Source of the DNA: the human T2T-CHM13v2.0 reference genome, Homo sapiens
Reading direction: 5' to 3' (one strand)
Assembly: GCF_009914755.1 (NCBI RefSeq)
Contig: NC_060935.1
DNA length: 64,000 nucleotides
Made by a program: the position numbers and the translations under genes. The notes below the pieces were generated by a model, which was not told where the DNA came from, did not search any database, and saw only the letters and a program-made list of their open reading frames with translations. The number at the start of each line of letters is the position of its first letter. Within the stretch, counting starts at the first letter, position 1. Positions 1 through 13,717 of the stretch are shown piece by piece.

Positions 1-639
1 TACATGCTGCATAACACCTTGTTTATAAATTAGTTTCCTGGCAAGAATTTGTAGACTTCAGGATGACCTTAAAATTTATATACTGATTAGGAAATAATTA
101 CATACCATGTGTTGCAGGGAACATGAAAATGAAAGAAATCACACATAAGTTTAGGTTAGGACAAGTTCTAGAATATTTGATACTGTTCTTTTTGTTCACA
201 TCAACATAGCTAAGGAGTTGATCCTTCACCTTAAAAGCAGGAATGACTCTTTTGATACCCTACATACCTCCTTTCCAATCCAGTCATTTAAGAATATCAG
301 GAATAAGGGATTGGAATTGGTTGGCTCATGCTTGACAGAAAAGTTGAGAAAAATAATTGCTAGAAGCTAAATGTAATACTTTCTTCTCCAGAGTCCCTTG
401 ACTCTAAAAAGTTTGAATACCAATAAAGCAAATTAAAAGGTGTAAATTATTCCTATAGTTCAATGTTTATGTAACTAAATTTCTTAATATTATTCTTTAT
501 AGTATTTTGTATATATCTAAACTTAAAAGGCCTGAGAATACCAAGAAATAGAGGAATATTCATCTATATTAATTCTTTTGTGTTCTACTTTCCTTTTTAC
601 TTTCAAATCTTTAATTAACCTGGGATTCATGTTGAAAAT

Positions 640-1072
640 TATGAAGGTTAATTTTATGTGTCAACCTGACTGACCACAAAGTGCCCAAATACTTGGTCAA
701 AGATTATCTCAGGTATGTATGTGAGGGTGTTTTGGATGAGATTAACATTTGAATCTGTAGACTGAGTAAAACAGGCTGTCCTTCCTAATGCGAGTAGGCC
801 TCATCCCATCAGTGGAGGGCCTGAATAGAACAAAAAGTCTGAACCTCCCTTACATGAGAGGGAATTTCCTCTTACTTGATTGCCTTATGGCTGGGACATT
901 AGTTTATCCTGCCTTTGGACTCCAGCTGAAACATCAGCTTTTCCTGGGTCCACTGACCTTTGGACTGAAACTGCACCATTGGCTCTCATAGGTCTTCAGC
1001 TTGCCAACTGCAGATCTTGGGACTTGTTAGCCTCCACAATTGTGTGAGCCAATTCCTTATCATCTCTCTCTC
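640..1072 (+). mobile_element. MLT2 (MLT2B/D-type) ERVL solo LTR, 3'-truncated
   Basis: Starts tatgaaggttaattttatgtgtcaac; contains MLT2 blocks gtgagggtgttttggatgagattaacatttgaatc, ggcctgaatagaacaaaaag and ccacaattgtgtgagccaattcctta. Confidence 0.85.
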
Positions 1073-1162
1073 ATGCTGTGTGTGTGTGTATAATAATTAA
1101 TAGATATCTAATTGTGCACCCTACCCCATGATTTAGTCAATTGTTTCAACATTATGAAAATC

Positions 1163-1455
1163 TTTTTTTTTTGAGACAGTGTCTCACTCTGCCACCCAGG
1201 CTAGAGTGCAGTAGCACGATCTTGGCTCACTGCAACCTCTGCCTCGCAGGTTCAAACAATTCTCGTGCTTCAGCCTCCTGAGTGGTTGGGATTACAGGTG
1301 CATGCCACCACTCCCAGCTAATTTTTGTAATTTTAGTAGAGATAGGGTTTCACCATGTTGGCCAGGCTGATCTCCAACTCCTGACCTCAGGTGATCTGCC
1401 TGCCTTAGCCTCCCAAAGTGCTGGGATTGCAGGTGTGAGCCACCATACCCAGCCT
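1163..1455 (-). mobile_element. AluS (Sx/Sz-like), full length
   Basis: Poly-T, then gagacagtgtctcactctg...ctcctgacctcaggtgatc...gtgagccaccatacccagcc; aaaatc on both flanks. Confidence 0.95.
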
Positions 1456-2369
1456 AAAATCCTCTTTCAATATTGACTAAATACTCACATGTGTTTTGAC
1501 TTGATTCACAGATTCATATTCTCTTCTATTAATATGTGTCTATCTATAACTTTATCAGTAATACATTATTTAATTATGGTCATTTGATAGATGTTTAATA
1601 TCTAGTAGTGCTTGTCCAAATCAATTTGAATATGTTTATGCTACTACAATGAAATAAAGATGGGGACTGGGCTGAAGTTAGACAAATAGTATGCTTTTCA
1701 ACCTGAAAGGCAAAGACAAAGAGACAGCTTTTCAATCTTTTCCTTTCTTTTTTCTCTTCTTCCTGCCTACCTACTTGTTTGCCTTGACTACAACAACACT
1801 CCCCCAACTAACTGCTTAGACGTTTATGCTCCTGGAAGCCCTGTTGGAAAACCATCTTCTTAGACTTTTATCTGCCATCCCAAGGTATGTTTTTATTCTT
1901 TGTGTTTTCACAAATCTTGGCAACAGTTTAAATGGCATTGTTAATATCACAATTTACCTAATGCATTTTCAATGTCCTCTTTAATTCTCCCAAACCAGTG
2001 GAAAGGCAAGATGAAAAGAGATTCATAAAATTGCTGTGTATTATGTTACTTCCTAACTGAGTGGTTTATTTGCTTACTAAATGGTCCTACATTTATAGTC
2101 AATCATCATCAACAGATAACACATCAAAAATAAACTTCAATTTCACATTACAGAGGAGGTGATTCCAATTTGAATGTTATTTATCATAGAGAATATGTTA
2201 CTAAATCCAGTTTATGGAAAGATTATGCCATTTAATTTACTTTTAGAGAGAGGAATATGCTTTCACGAGAAACTGCATTAGCTATTAGAAAAGTAATGTA
2301 GCTGTTGGTCTGCACCATTTCCAGCAAGCATGGGTACATTGCGTTGACAAAAACAGCTGGATTTTTTTC

Positions 2370-2545
2370 TAGTGTGATCTGATAGAAAGAGCACTGGGCT
2401 GGTAGTCAGGGTTAGGTCAAGGCAAGGTTCTAACTAGCTGGGTGACTGTAAAGAGATAGTTACACAACCTCTCAGGGCCTCAAGTGTTTTATTTATAATA
2501 TGAAGTGTCCAGATGAAATCTGGGATACTTATACGACCCTATGAT
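2370..2545 (+). mobile_element. MIR/MIR3 relic
   Basis: gaaagagcactgggctggtagtcagg...ctagctgggtgact...aacctctcagggcctcaagtg, resembling the MIR core. Confidence 0.6.
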
Positions 2546-2589
2546 CAAGAGGAGATGCTTTTATTGTCCCAGCTTCTCTAATATCACCA

Positions 2590-2678
2590 GGGAAAGTGAA
2601 AGTGGCTACAGTAAAGTCATTATATAAAGAACAGGAGGAAGTAGAGCTTCCCCCTCGGCCAACTGCAGAGATGTGAGT
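2590..2678 (+). promoter_or_regulatory. Candidate promoter: IRF/ISRE (PRDM1-type) motif, TATA box, downstream 5' splice site
   Basis: GGAAAGTGAAAGT 2591-2603, TATATAAA 2621-2628, GAT/GTGAGT donor at 2672/2673; motif evidence only. Confidence 0.3.
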
Positions 2679-3149
2679 GTATGTGTGTGTGGTTGGGTGC
2701 AGGGAGGGAGACAGTGGTACCAGTTTGAAGACTTACCAGCTGAGACTTCATGATATTTAGAGTAGATGATAACATAGTTAAAGCTCAGTTCAGTTTATAG
2801 GAATGTTACATTATTCAGTTTACTTTTAGAATGAGAATTATCCTGAAGCTGTAAATTCCTTGGGTGCAGGGACTGTGCTTTGACCACTCTTGAATAGTGA
2901 CTGTGCATGGCTGAACTTGTGAATTTTGACTGACGATGGCTCACAGATTACCCTGAGCAGTCTCAATTTTAACCGTTTTATCCTATTAACAATTACACAA
3001 AATCATATTCGGTCTAAGTAACAGAGACATGAAGGGAGGCTTTTGCTTTTATGTTTGAACCATTTCCACTGTTCATATCTCCTCAACTTGAATGTATAAA
3101 CCTTTAATGTCTGGTTGGTGGGATTATGAGCCATTTTAGCTTTTCTCTT

Positions 3150-3784
3150 TCTGGGGCTCAGAAAATGATACTGCAAAGTATGACACTTTGGCACGCTGAG
3201 TACTTTGAACAAAAGGAGATTGGAAGGTCCAGAAGTAGCCTCAGAAACAAAGTCTCTCTCTGACCTTCTCTGGCCCTCCATTTTCCCGTCCCTCCATCTC
3301 CCCTAAAGTGAGTCATAGAAACCAGAATTCCTCTCCTCCAAGGTGGGTCACAGATACTAGAACCCCTCTCCCCTAAAGCAAGACATAAAACCTAGCAAGG
3401 TCATTCTCTCCCTTCTCCCTTGAAGACCCTCATTCCACAGGGGTTCTGCCCTATACCTAGGAGGGAGGAATGCTATGCAGAGAGACCGAGAAGAATCTGG
3501 ACATACAAGCCTTGCTGGGTTTCTCAGTCTATTATCATTAGATCAGACCCTTTTGTCAATCACATTGCTACATGGTTGTCCATTCTTCGTTGAAACTAAG
3601 CATAAAAGCAGACGGTTTTCTCTAGGTCTTTGGATCTTCATTTCTGAAGGCTCCTGTATCGCACAAAACTTTGATTAAATAAATTTGTTATGTTTCTCTC
3701 TTGTTAACCTGTCTTTTATGATAGGAGTGCCAGCTGTGACCCTTATGATGGGCAAGAAAACGTACCACACCTTTCTACCCATAT
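3150..3784 (+). mobile_element. ERV1 solo LTR, MER39/MER34 family
   Basis: Starts ggggctcagaaaatgata..., contains agtctctctctgaccttctc, a poly(A) signal (taaataaatttgttatg) and a typical end gtgacccttatgatggg...ctttctaccc. Confidence 0.8.
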
Positions 3785-4397
3785 ACTCTATTTCTTTGTA
3801 TTCAAAATAATAACTATTAATATTATATTATAAAAATTTCATTCTGTTGTCAAATCATGGGTCAACATTAAGTCTTGATTTTAGTTCTGAGAACCTGATT
3901 GCCCTTTTAAGTTCGTTACTGAATATAAAGTTCTATGCATTTAAATAAAGGGCACCACTGGAAGCAGCAATTACTGCATACTACATTAAACAGGTTTTGG
4001 GAGATTTAGGAGGGACAATGCCGATTACATCTGATTAATTCTGGCCCAGAGAAAAGTTTATGTTTTTATCCAAGAATAATTCAAGACCTCCTTCACACTC
4101 ATCAATCATGAGCCAAGTATTATATCAGGTGCCAGGTATATAGAAACTAAGATAAATGTAGTCAAGAACTTCATTCTCAGGAAAGTCTGATCCCATTAAT
4201 TATTCTTTTTCCAAATTGTGGGGAGTCAAAATTTGTGCATCTTCATGTATCTGCCTGCCATTTCAAGCTGGATCAATTTGAAAGTGGGCTTTAAGGAGCT
4301 TGTCATACTTTGATTCCCTTTCCCCACCTACAGGCACCCCATTCGGGCCTGCTATCTGAAAAACGACCTATCTCTGAAGGTCTCTTCATTACCGTCT

Positions 4398-4585
4398 GAT
4401 ATGGTTTGGATCTGTGTCTCCACTCAGATCTCATGTTCAATTGTAATCCTCAATGTTGGAGGTGCAGCCTGGTGGGAGGAGATTGGATTGTGGGAGTGGT
4501 TTCTCATGAATGGGTTAGCAACATCTCCTTGATGCTGTCCTCAGGATGGTGAGTGAGTTCTTATGAGTTCTGGTAATTTAAAAGC
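4398..4585 (+). mobile_element. MSTA-type MaLR LTR, 5' half only
   Basis: tgatatggtttggatctgtgtc...ggtgggaggagattggattg...tttctcatgaatgggttagca...gtgagtgagttct; ends abruptly at the L1 fragment. Confidence 0.85.
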
Positions 4586-5675
<1,090 letters not shown>

Positions 5676-6789
5676 TATCAGTAAGGAATTTAAGGACAAA
5701 AGGGAAACTAGTGGCTATGATCTATGGCAGTTCTGACTCCCTTTAAAAGATTCCTGGAGTGTCACGACTTGGAGATACCTTGGTCTATACCTTTTCTTTT
5801 ACAGGTGCTAAATCCGAGTCTCATTGTAGTAAAATGACCTGCCCAAAGTTCTTTTTCTGAGGGGAGATCCCCTGCACACTCTGCCTCTCTCGCAGAATTC
5901 TGCTTCTCTCCTTTGTGCTCCTGCAGCACCTTTTACGCCAAATGCTGGACCTGGGATCCCTCTGTGGCTTAACGTGACACTTAGGTATTTGTGTTACCCA
6001 CCTAACTATAGACTGTCTGCTCACAGAAACCACATCTGAAAACCTGTGTTTGCCATAGCACATGAATCCCCATATTTCTATAGCCAAGAAAGTTTATTTT
6101 ATGGTTATTTAGGAAGTCTTTGGAAAGCCTAAAATAGTGCTATCTTAATTTAGAGAATTGCTTGGAAAAGTGGCATAGGCAGTTTCTAGGAAGAGAATTG
6201 CATGTAACCCTTTATGAGGCAGGTGACTCCAGAAGAAGACATCCGTTACCCTCTATCCTCTGTCCTTGCGCTGTTTTTTCTCAACTTGCAGATTTTCTCC
6301 CTCAAGGAACTATTCAGGTAATGATAATGTGAATAATACCTTATAATTGAACAGACATTTTTCATAAAGAGACAAAAAACTTGCAATGGTTATTGAGAAT
6401 TGGATGAAATAAGTTACCCCATCATGTTTGCTGCTTTACAATTTCAATAGCTCCGAGCAAGCAAAGCTCTTTGTTGAAATATAATACAAATTGCAAACAA
6501 GCAGCAGCAGCAGCAGCACAAAAATCCCCCCAATGTCAGAGAGACACTGGCACCGCCAGGAAAAAAAAGCAGTTTCTCAAGCTATTAATCTAAATGACAA
6601 CTACAATCTCCCTTGAAAATCCTTACCCAAATAAGGATTGTTTTAATGCTTAAAACATTAAGCAAAGCACTCTTCATATTTATATATGTTCTGAATCCTG
6701 TAGGTCTATTCTCAATGGAATTTCCATTAAAATAATAAAATCAGTTTTAAGATTATATATAGCATGTTTATACAATTAGCATTAGTAGT

Positions 6790-6992
6790 AATAATAATTA
6801 ACCCTTATTGAGAAATTACCATGTGTCAGGCCCTAACTGACTTAACCATTACAACTCATTACATATGTACTGATGTTATGCCCCATTTCATAGACTTAAG
6901 AGATAGATGCAAAAAAAAAGGTAAAGCTTGCCATAACTTGCTAAGGCACATGACTTATATGTGGTAAAGTTAGGAGTTGAATCTAGGCCAGT
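6790..6992 (-). mobile_element. MIR (its 5' part appears to continue at 7776-7808 and ~8075-8098)
   Basis: cttattgag..ttaccatgtgtcagg, ccccatttcataga, aacttgctaaggcacatg, ggagttgaatctagg. Confidence 0.6.
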
Positions 6993-6999
6993 ATCAGCC

Positions 7000-7775
<776 letters not shown>

Positions 7776-7807
7776 ACACAAGTTGTCTTCATCGAGAACC
7801 CCTGCTC

Positions 7808-8016
7808 CTCCAGCCTGGGCAACATAACAAGACTCCATCTCTTCCAAACAATTGAAAAAATTAATTGGGCATGATGGAACACACCTGTTGTCCTATTTAC
7901 TCAGGAAACTGAGGGAGAAGGATCTCTTAAGCCAAGGAGATTGAGGCTGCAATGACCTAGGATTGTGCCACTACACTTAGCCTGAGAAACAGAGTGAGAG
8001 CTTGTCTCAAAAAAAA
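7808..8016 (+). mobile_element. AluJ, 5'-truncated
   Basis: ccagcctgggcaacataacaagactccatctc...gaggctgcaatgacctaggattgtgccact...gtctcaaaaaaaa. Confidence 0.85.
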
Positions 8017-8179
8017 GAAGACTTGCTCTTATCTAATAAATAAACAGTTAATAAATAGCTATTGAATCAATATTGAACCACTATGCTATGCTGTCTCAAA
8101 GAAGACAATGAGAAGGCACCATTTAATTGCATTCAGTGTTCATTTGACATTTATTTGTCAGAACTAATATCAGCTGATA

Positions 8180-8270
8180 TTAATGGTTAAAAGTATAGGT
8201 TCTAGAGTCAGACTGGGCTGGGTTCAAGTCTTGGTTTTATTACTTATTAGTTAAGGAGTCTTAGTCAAGA
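8180..8270 (+). mobile_element. MIR 5' fragment
   Basis: taatggttaaaagtataggttctagagtcagactgggctgggttcaagtc. Confidence 0.65.
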
Positions 8271-9117
8271 TAAAGAAGAAGGCGTATATCTTGCTAACCA
8301 AAAAGAACAGTCCAGTGAGCCTCCCAGAAGAAGTTCTGATCCAGGTGACTATTTCACAAAATGTATGAATAAAACCAGAGGATGACTCCTTAAAAATACC
8401 ATCTCTTTCCTCAAATCTCATGCCCTTAGCATTTGCTACCCTGATGTATATTTATCAGCAGGACTTGCAGGTTCAACACTATCATTGGCAGAATGGTCTT
8501 AGAGTAGGCATATAAAACAGAAAAGCAGGCGGACTCTGCTCCTTGCTTAGCTCTGCTATCGAGACATAAACCTGTACAACTTCTCAGAGTCCTTGACCTG
8601 CTTTCTCCTTTCTGTCTCTTCCCTGTATGCAGATTGTGTGAGTATGCAAATGACTCTCAGTCCCAATTCTAGCCACAGCCCTTATCAACCCTTCTTATGT
8701 AGACTGCCCAGGTCTTAGAGAAAGCCACCATATCCTGTGAGCACCAATAATTTAGGATTGCTGAATTTCTCCTAAAACCTACAGATAGATGGATGGAATA
8801 GCAAAGCTCTCATGTGCGTGAATCATATATGGGCTGAACCTATGGGAGGAGACTCACTGGCATATAGACTATCCTAGCAAGGGTGTGCATCAAATACCTC
8901 TAAGGATACCAATCTAGAAAAGGAGTTTCCCCTACGGAGAACAAGAACCTGAATGTTCATAGCTCAATGGTATTGGCTTCCACTGATGTAGTGCATGCTG
9001 TTTCTTGGATCTCCTCATGTTTGAAGGTAGAATCTTTCGCTTGGTTGCTTGGATCTTGCTTTAATAAGATCCTTATACTAGATCTAGTCCACAGAGACTG
9101 CCTAGATAGCCTACAAG

Positions 9118-9122
<5 letters not shown>

Positions 9123-9159
<37 letters not shown>
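9123..9159. repeat. (AG)n microsatellite
   Basis: Perfect AG run of about 18 units. Confidence 0.98.
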
Positions 9160-9162
<3 letters not shown>

Positions 9163-9539
9163 ATTCTGTACCTACCGGATGATAAATGTAACATCATAGG
9201 TAGCCGCCTAGAGGTACAGTAGTCCTTCATTCAAAGGAATGCATTTTGAGGTAGAGTGTGTGTATGTGTGTGACAAATGTGGCATATGGAAGGTATGATG
9301 TCATATTAATAGATAGGTTTAGTCTATATGAGCCTATATAATTGTTTCTCGTATATAATAATCCTATTAGCAATATAAGCAATTTGAAAGGGTACTTCTG
9401 ATAGGTTTCAAGCCAGTGGAAATAATCTTAAGTGATACACTGTTAGTCTTTGACCCCTCCATACTTTTGGTTGCTTCTCATCAATGCCAAGTAACTTTTG
9501 GACTTGAATAAAATGCCATAGTGGGGTCACTGTACACTG

Positions 9540-9940
9540 ACTCTGATATCCTGGGGGCCAGATGATGCAACTCAGAAGCTCTGGCAAGTTAACCCCTCCT
9601 GTGGGGAATCTTGATCAAAGGAAAACAGGAGATGAGAGGAGCTCGGGCAGATAAACTCCCTTCCCTCCTCTCTTTCATGGACCAATACAATGTGTATTTC
9701 TTCTCTGCATATCCTGCATGCCAAGAATACATACCTGCAGAGTGGCTGGCTATGTCAGCAGCTTGTTGTAAAGCAGTAGCCAGTGTGGTCACGTGGCACA
9801 TTGCATTGCTTTGCATCTTTGCTTCCCTCACTTCTGGTTTTCCCTCATCCTCACTGCCTGTGGCTTGGTTCTCCCACATAAAGAGTTATTGCCTTAACCA
9901 TGCCTCAGGCTCTGTCTTCTAGAGGACCTGAGCTAAGACC
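9540..9940 (+). mobile_element. ERVL solo LTR (LTR41/LTR33/LTR16 group)
   Basis: aagttaacccctcctgtggggaatcttgatc...gggcagataaactcccttcc and a typical ERVL end gcctcaggctctgtcttctagaggacctgagctaagac. Confidence 0.7.
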
Positions 9941-10494
9941 TAATATAATGTTCTGCTCCCAGTAAAGGTGGCACTTGGAGTTTTCTCCTCTATACTATGA
10001 GCCATTCCAAACATGCCCTCATTTTCTTCACAAGCTTTTGGCAGAGCTTCGGTATACTGTGATCTTAGATCACATAAAAGGGTGGAGATGGGTAACAACC
10101 TAGGCTGTTTTGTGGGAACCTGCAGTGGCTATGGGGAGAGAGAGGACATTCTGATTTTTCTGTTCATTCATTCCATTTGGCTTCAATATAATCTGGCTGC
10201 AACGACATTAGGGAAAAGCAAGATGGAAAGGAACATCCATAACGAGGTACAAAGTATATGAGGCACACTGTGTCCCTAAGTAACCTCACACCACACTTCA
10301 GAGCTGCTAGGTCCAGCTTTTTCTAATAAAAGTGGAAAGAGAATACCCAAAGCCATATTTCTGTGCTCTGTTATGAAAGCTCCCCTAGAGGTGTCACAAT
10401 CAGACTGTGATTGTCTTAACCACTGTGAGTGACCTTAATCACTATGAATGACCACTATGAGTGACCTATGATTGTCTTAACCACTACGAGTTTT

Positions 10495-10718
10495 CATGGT
10501 CCAGGCACTTTTAACATATATTGCCACATTTATTCTTCATAACAATACTACAAGGTAGACCCTAGCATTGTTCTATTTTCCAGAGAAGGTAATAAAGTCA
10601 GAGTGCGCTTAGGTAACTTACCTACATTTATTCAGCTAGCACAACTGATATAGCCAGGATTCGAACCTAGGTCTTCAGATTAACAGGGTGGGAGTGGATA
10701 ACCACCAGGCTGTGTCCT
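10495..10718 (-). mobile_element. MIR
   Basis: ttattcttcataacaatac, ctattttccagagaagg, ggtaacttacc, gccaggattcgaacctaggtct. Confidence 0.7.
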
Positions 10719-12009
10719 CTATATTATATTGCTATGAAAGTGTTGTTCCCAAAATGGTGCAGCTGCTTTGTGTTTCTCTAACTTATGTAAACTGATGTTC
10801 TCTTTCTCTGAAACACTTCTTTTTGAAGACCTGGCACAGTCAACACCTGCTCTGGGAAGGCTGATGCACCTCCCAGTGTCTGGCCTTTGCCCCATTGTAT
10901 GAACCCCCTCTCCCCACAATCCCCTGAGTATCACCAACTCCAGTCTGTGTGTAAAGAAATATTTATATAGATGGTTTGGGACCATAAAGGAATTTGTGCA
11001 CTTGTAGAGGTGGCAAAAGGTATTGCAGCATAGCCAGAAACGAATATTAGCTACAACTGTCCTTAAAAGTGTCTTGGCCATTCCTGATCTTATGCTCCCT
11101 TTGCACACAGCTCAGGCAATACTCTATGGTATTTCTCAACTCCAGCAACCACCCAGTAAATAGTGTTTCTTTCTTCCACGTGGAAATGTCATATGGAAGC
11201 TCAAAATTTGTCCTTCTTCATTGTGCAAAGCATTGTGGTTCTTGTGGCTAACACGAGGCCCACATCAGGACTATTTTCCTTCAACCAAAATGGCCCAACA
11301 TACTGTATTTTTCTAAATAAAGTTCATTTGCTTTTCCTTTAAAAGGAAATCTGTTTTTGGTTTTTAAAGCAACTTTTATTTTTCTCCATGCTACGGATGA
11401 ATGAATGAAAGCATACGTGAATGATCAAATGTGTAACAAGGTAGATATTATTACTTATTGAAAATTCTCCACGAGGATTTCTGGTAGAAAAGTGGTCAGC
11501 TTGAGAGAGCTAGACTGCTGAGGCTGTTCAGAGGTCTTCTGTCTGTGAGGAGTCAGTGGGGACCGGGCTTGGAGCTTCCAGAGGGACCCAGCATGGCTGG
11601 TGAGTAAGAGCAGAATTGCAAGGGGCCACTTCCAGTAGGAAAGTGGCTATAGACTAGGGAAGGTGGAAAAACGATACCTGCTGTGCAGAGTGTGAGAACT
11701 GAGGAAGAGGAAAGTTAGGGAGAAAACTGGAGTGTGAGAGAATTGGTTAGAAGGGGAAAGAGCTTTATATTTTAGTAGTGTCTCCATGAGTCATAAATTA
11801 GATTTCCTTTAATATTATTTAAGTGAACAGAGGCTGGAATTTTATTTAATTTCTTTATTTGCTAGAGTGTGTATGCATGTGTTTTAAGGAAACACAGGCT
11901 TGAAACTGAATCCTGTTGGGCTAAATGATTTATTTCATTTACAAAGGAAATGGTAGCCAGGAAAACTGGGTATATCATATATACATCTTATAATTTTGTG
12001 CAAATTGCA

Positions 12010-12110
12010 TTACTTCTCATCACATCTGTAAAATGTGTCTGGTGCCTACTTTACAGAATTACATGAGGATTAAATGGACCACTCTGCAAAGTACAGATTA
12101 TCAAAATAGT
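12010..12110 (+). mobile_element. MIR 3' fragment
   Basis: catctgtaaaatg...cctactttacagaattacatgaggattaaatg. Confidence 0.6.
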
Positions 12111-12174
12111 CCAACACTGGTATACTTGGGAAAAAACTCTCTCTCAGACTGTGCAGAAGTATTAGGCACTTTAA

Positions 12175-12348
12175 TATGTGTGTATATATTTATATGTATG
12201 TATGTGTATATATGTATTTTTGTATGTGTTACAGGTATGTGTGTGTTTAGTGTGTGTGTTTTATGTGTGTATATACACACACACATATATAAACACACAC
12301 AAAACACACATATACACACACATATATATACATACACTCACACATATA
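12175..12348. repeat. Compound (TG/TA)n then (CA/TA)n microsatellite, quasi-palindromic
   Basis: TG-rich arm 12175-12270 followed by CA-rich arm 12271-12348. Confidence 0.9.
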
Positions 12349-12704
12349 TGTAAGGTCCTCTGAGCTGGCCGCACCACAATCAAGCCATCGTGACGTTCCT
12401 GCGCCCTTGTGAATGTACTGTGTAACATTCCTCCCCACCCTTGTGACAATACACCCTCCCTGCCCTTGTGAATGTAGTTTGTAACATCCTCCGTGCCCTT
12501 GAGAATGTACTTTGTAACATCCATCCCCTGCCCACAAAAAAAATTGCTTCTAACTCCACCGCCTATCCCAAACCTGTAAGAACCAATGATAATCCCACGA
12601 CCCTTCGATGACTCCTTTCTCGGACTCAGCCCACTTGCACCCAAGTGAATAAACAGCCTTGTTGCTCACACTAAGCCTTCTCAGGTGGTCTCTTATACGT
12701 AACA
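12349..12704 (+). mobile_element. HERV-H-related solo LTR (MER48-type)
   Basis: TG...CA termini; tgtaaggtcctctgagctggccgcacc start; internal cccttgtgaatgtac repeats; ggactcagccc...AATAAAcagccttgttgctcacac, shared with the LTR7 group. Confidence 0.85.
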
Positions 12705-12840
12705 ACATATATATATATACACACACACATACATACATATATATGCGTAACAACATATATATATATACACACACGTAACAACATAAATATATACATGCAT
12801 ACACACATATATATATACACACACATATACATGCAGTATA
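12705..12840. repeat. (TA/CA)n microsatellite carrying copies of the LTR terminus
   Basis: cgtaacaacata occurs at 12698, 12746 and 12774. Confidence 0.85.
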
Positions 12841-13344
12841 TTACTTTCCCAAGCCCAGAAGTTCTGTTCCTTGACCCTGAACTCCGTAAATGTAGCCAAC
12901 TGATTATGTCAATGCTCTGGGGTGCAGTGTACCATCCCACAGGGCAAATCTCACTCTAATCCAGCTCATAGGGCATGGACATATAAATAAGAACGACAAT
13001 TAGTTAATTCATAATGCCAGTGGTAGAAAATCCTATCTTACTCTGAGAACAGTATTGTCTTCTGCAGATAAATTAACATGAGAAGTTGATTTATGACGGG
13101 ATTTATGATGTATTTATTGGGTACAGAGTGTGGCTCAAGTCTTTAATGATGTCAGGCTCAGATGGCTAAATGCTCAGCTCTACCTTAGGGATATACCAGC
13201 TGTCAGGACTGAATGGCTGGATTCCTTGGTCCCATTATGGAACAAACACTAACATTTACCCATTGACTTCCATGGTTCCATGCCCCAGAGACAGTAACCC
13301 TCTTTTTGATGATCACATACTTTTCTTTTTTTTTTTGAAAAAAA

Positions 13345-13717
13345 AAATGTATTTCATTTTTAAATGACCTCAATTACACGCTAATAGAATGTGTGTATCT
13401 GTTGGATACCGTGCACTTTCTCAAACCTCAGAATCAGATTGGACACTGCCACTCTCATTTTCTGTCCCACAGTGATTTTCACAAAGCAATTGTTTTTTAT
13501 CAGAGCTACTGCATAAAAACCAAGTTTGCAAAGATATGACATCATCAAAAAGAATGTAGCAATGTTTATTGTTGAAAGTGTGGATCTCCAGGAACTAGCA
13601 GTTGACATTGTTTCTGACAAATTGCTGGTTTCCTCTAAAATTTAAAATACCCCTCTGCACCCATATGAGTTTGCTGTGCCTTCCCAGGGTTCCATGGCAC
13701 ACACTGTCTGGGAATTG
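13345..13717 (-). mobile_element. hAT-Charlie DNA transposon relic with transposase C-terminus (Charlie7-like)
   Basis: ORF 13381..13620 YLCKLGFYAVALIK...QKMRVAVSNLILRFEK resembles the hAT dimerisation domain (YLCExGFS...R); Charlie-like end near 13690-13717. Confidence 0.7.

Noticed and set aside
1820-1890. Possible + strand exon (ctaac...ttag| to AAG|GTATGT)
   Set aside because: Weak pyrimidine tract, no recognisable peptide, and within chance expectation.
6501-6518. (CAG/GCA)6 as a polyQ/polyA coding tract
   Set aside because: Short and not within a credible exon or ORF.
9200-10398. CTCF-like motifs (gccgcctagaggtac at ~9204; cccctagaggtgtca at ~10382)
   Set aside because: Mismatches in the core GGC positions; not supportable without ChIP data.
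11480-11870. Possible ancient Gypsy-like LTR
   Set aside because: Only a compositional impression; no termini or diagnostic blocks identified.
12033-12940. Cluster of overlapping 60-127 aa ORFs
   Set aside because: Produced by stop-free TG/CA/TA microsatellites and LTR repeats.
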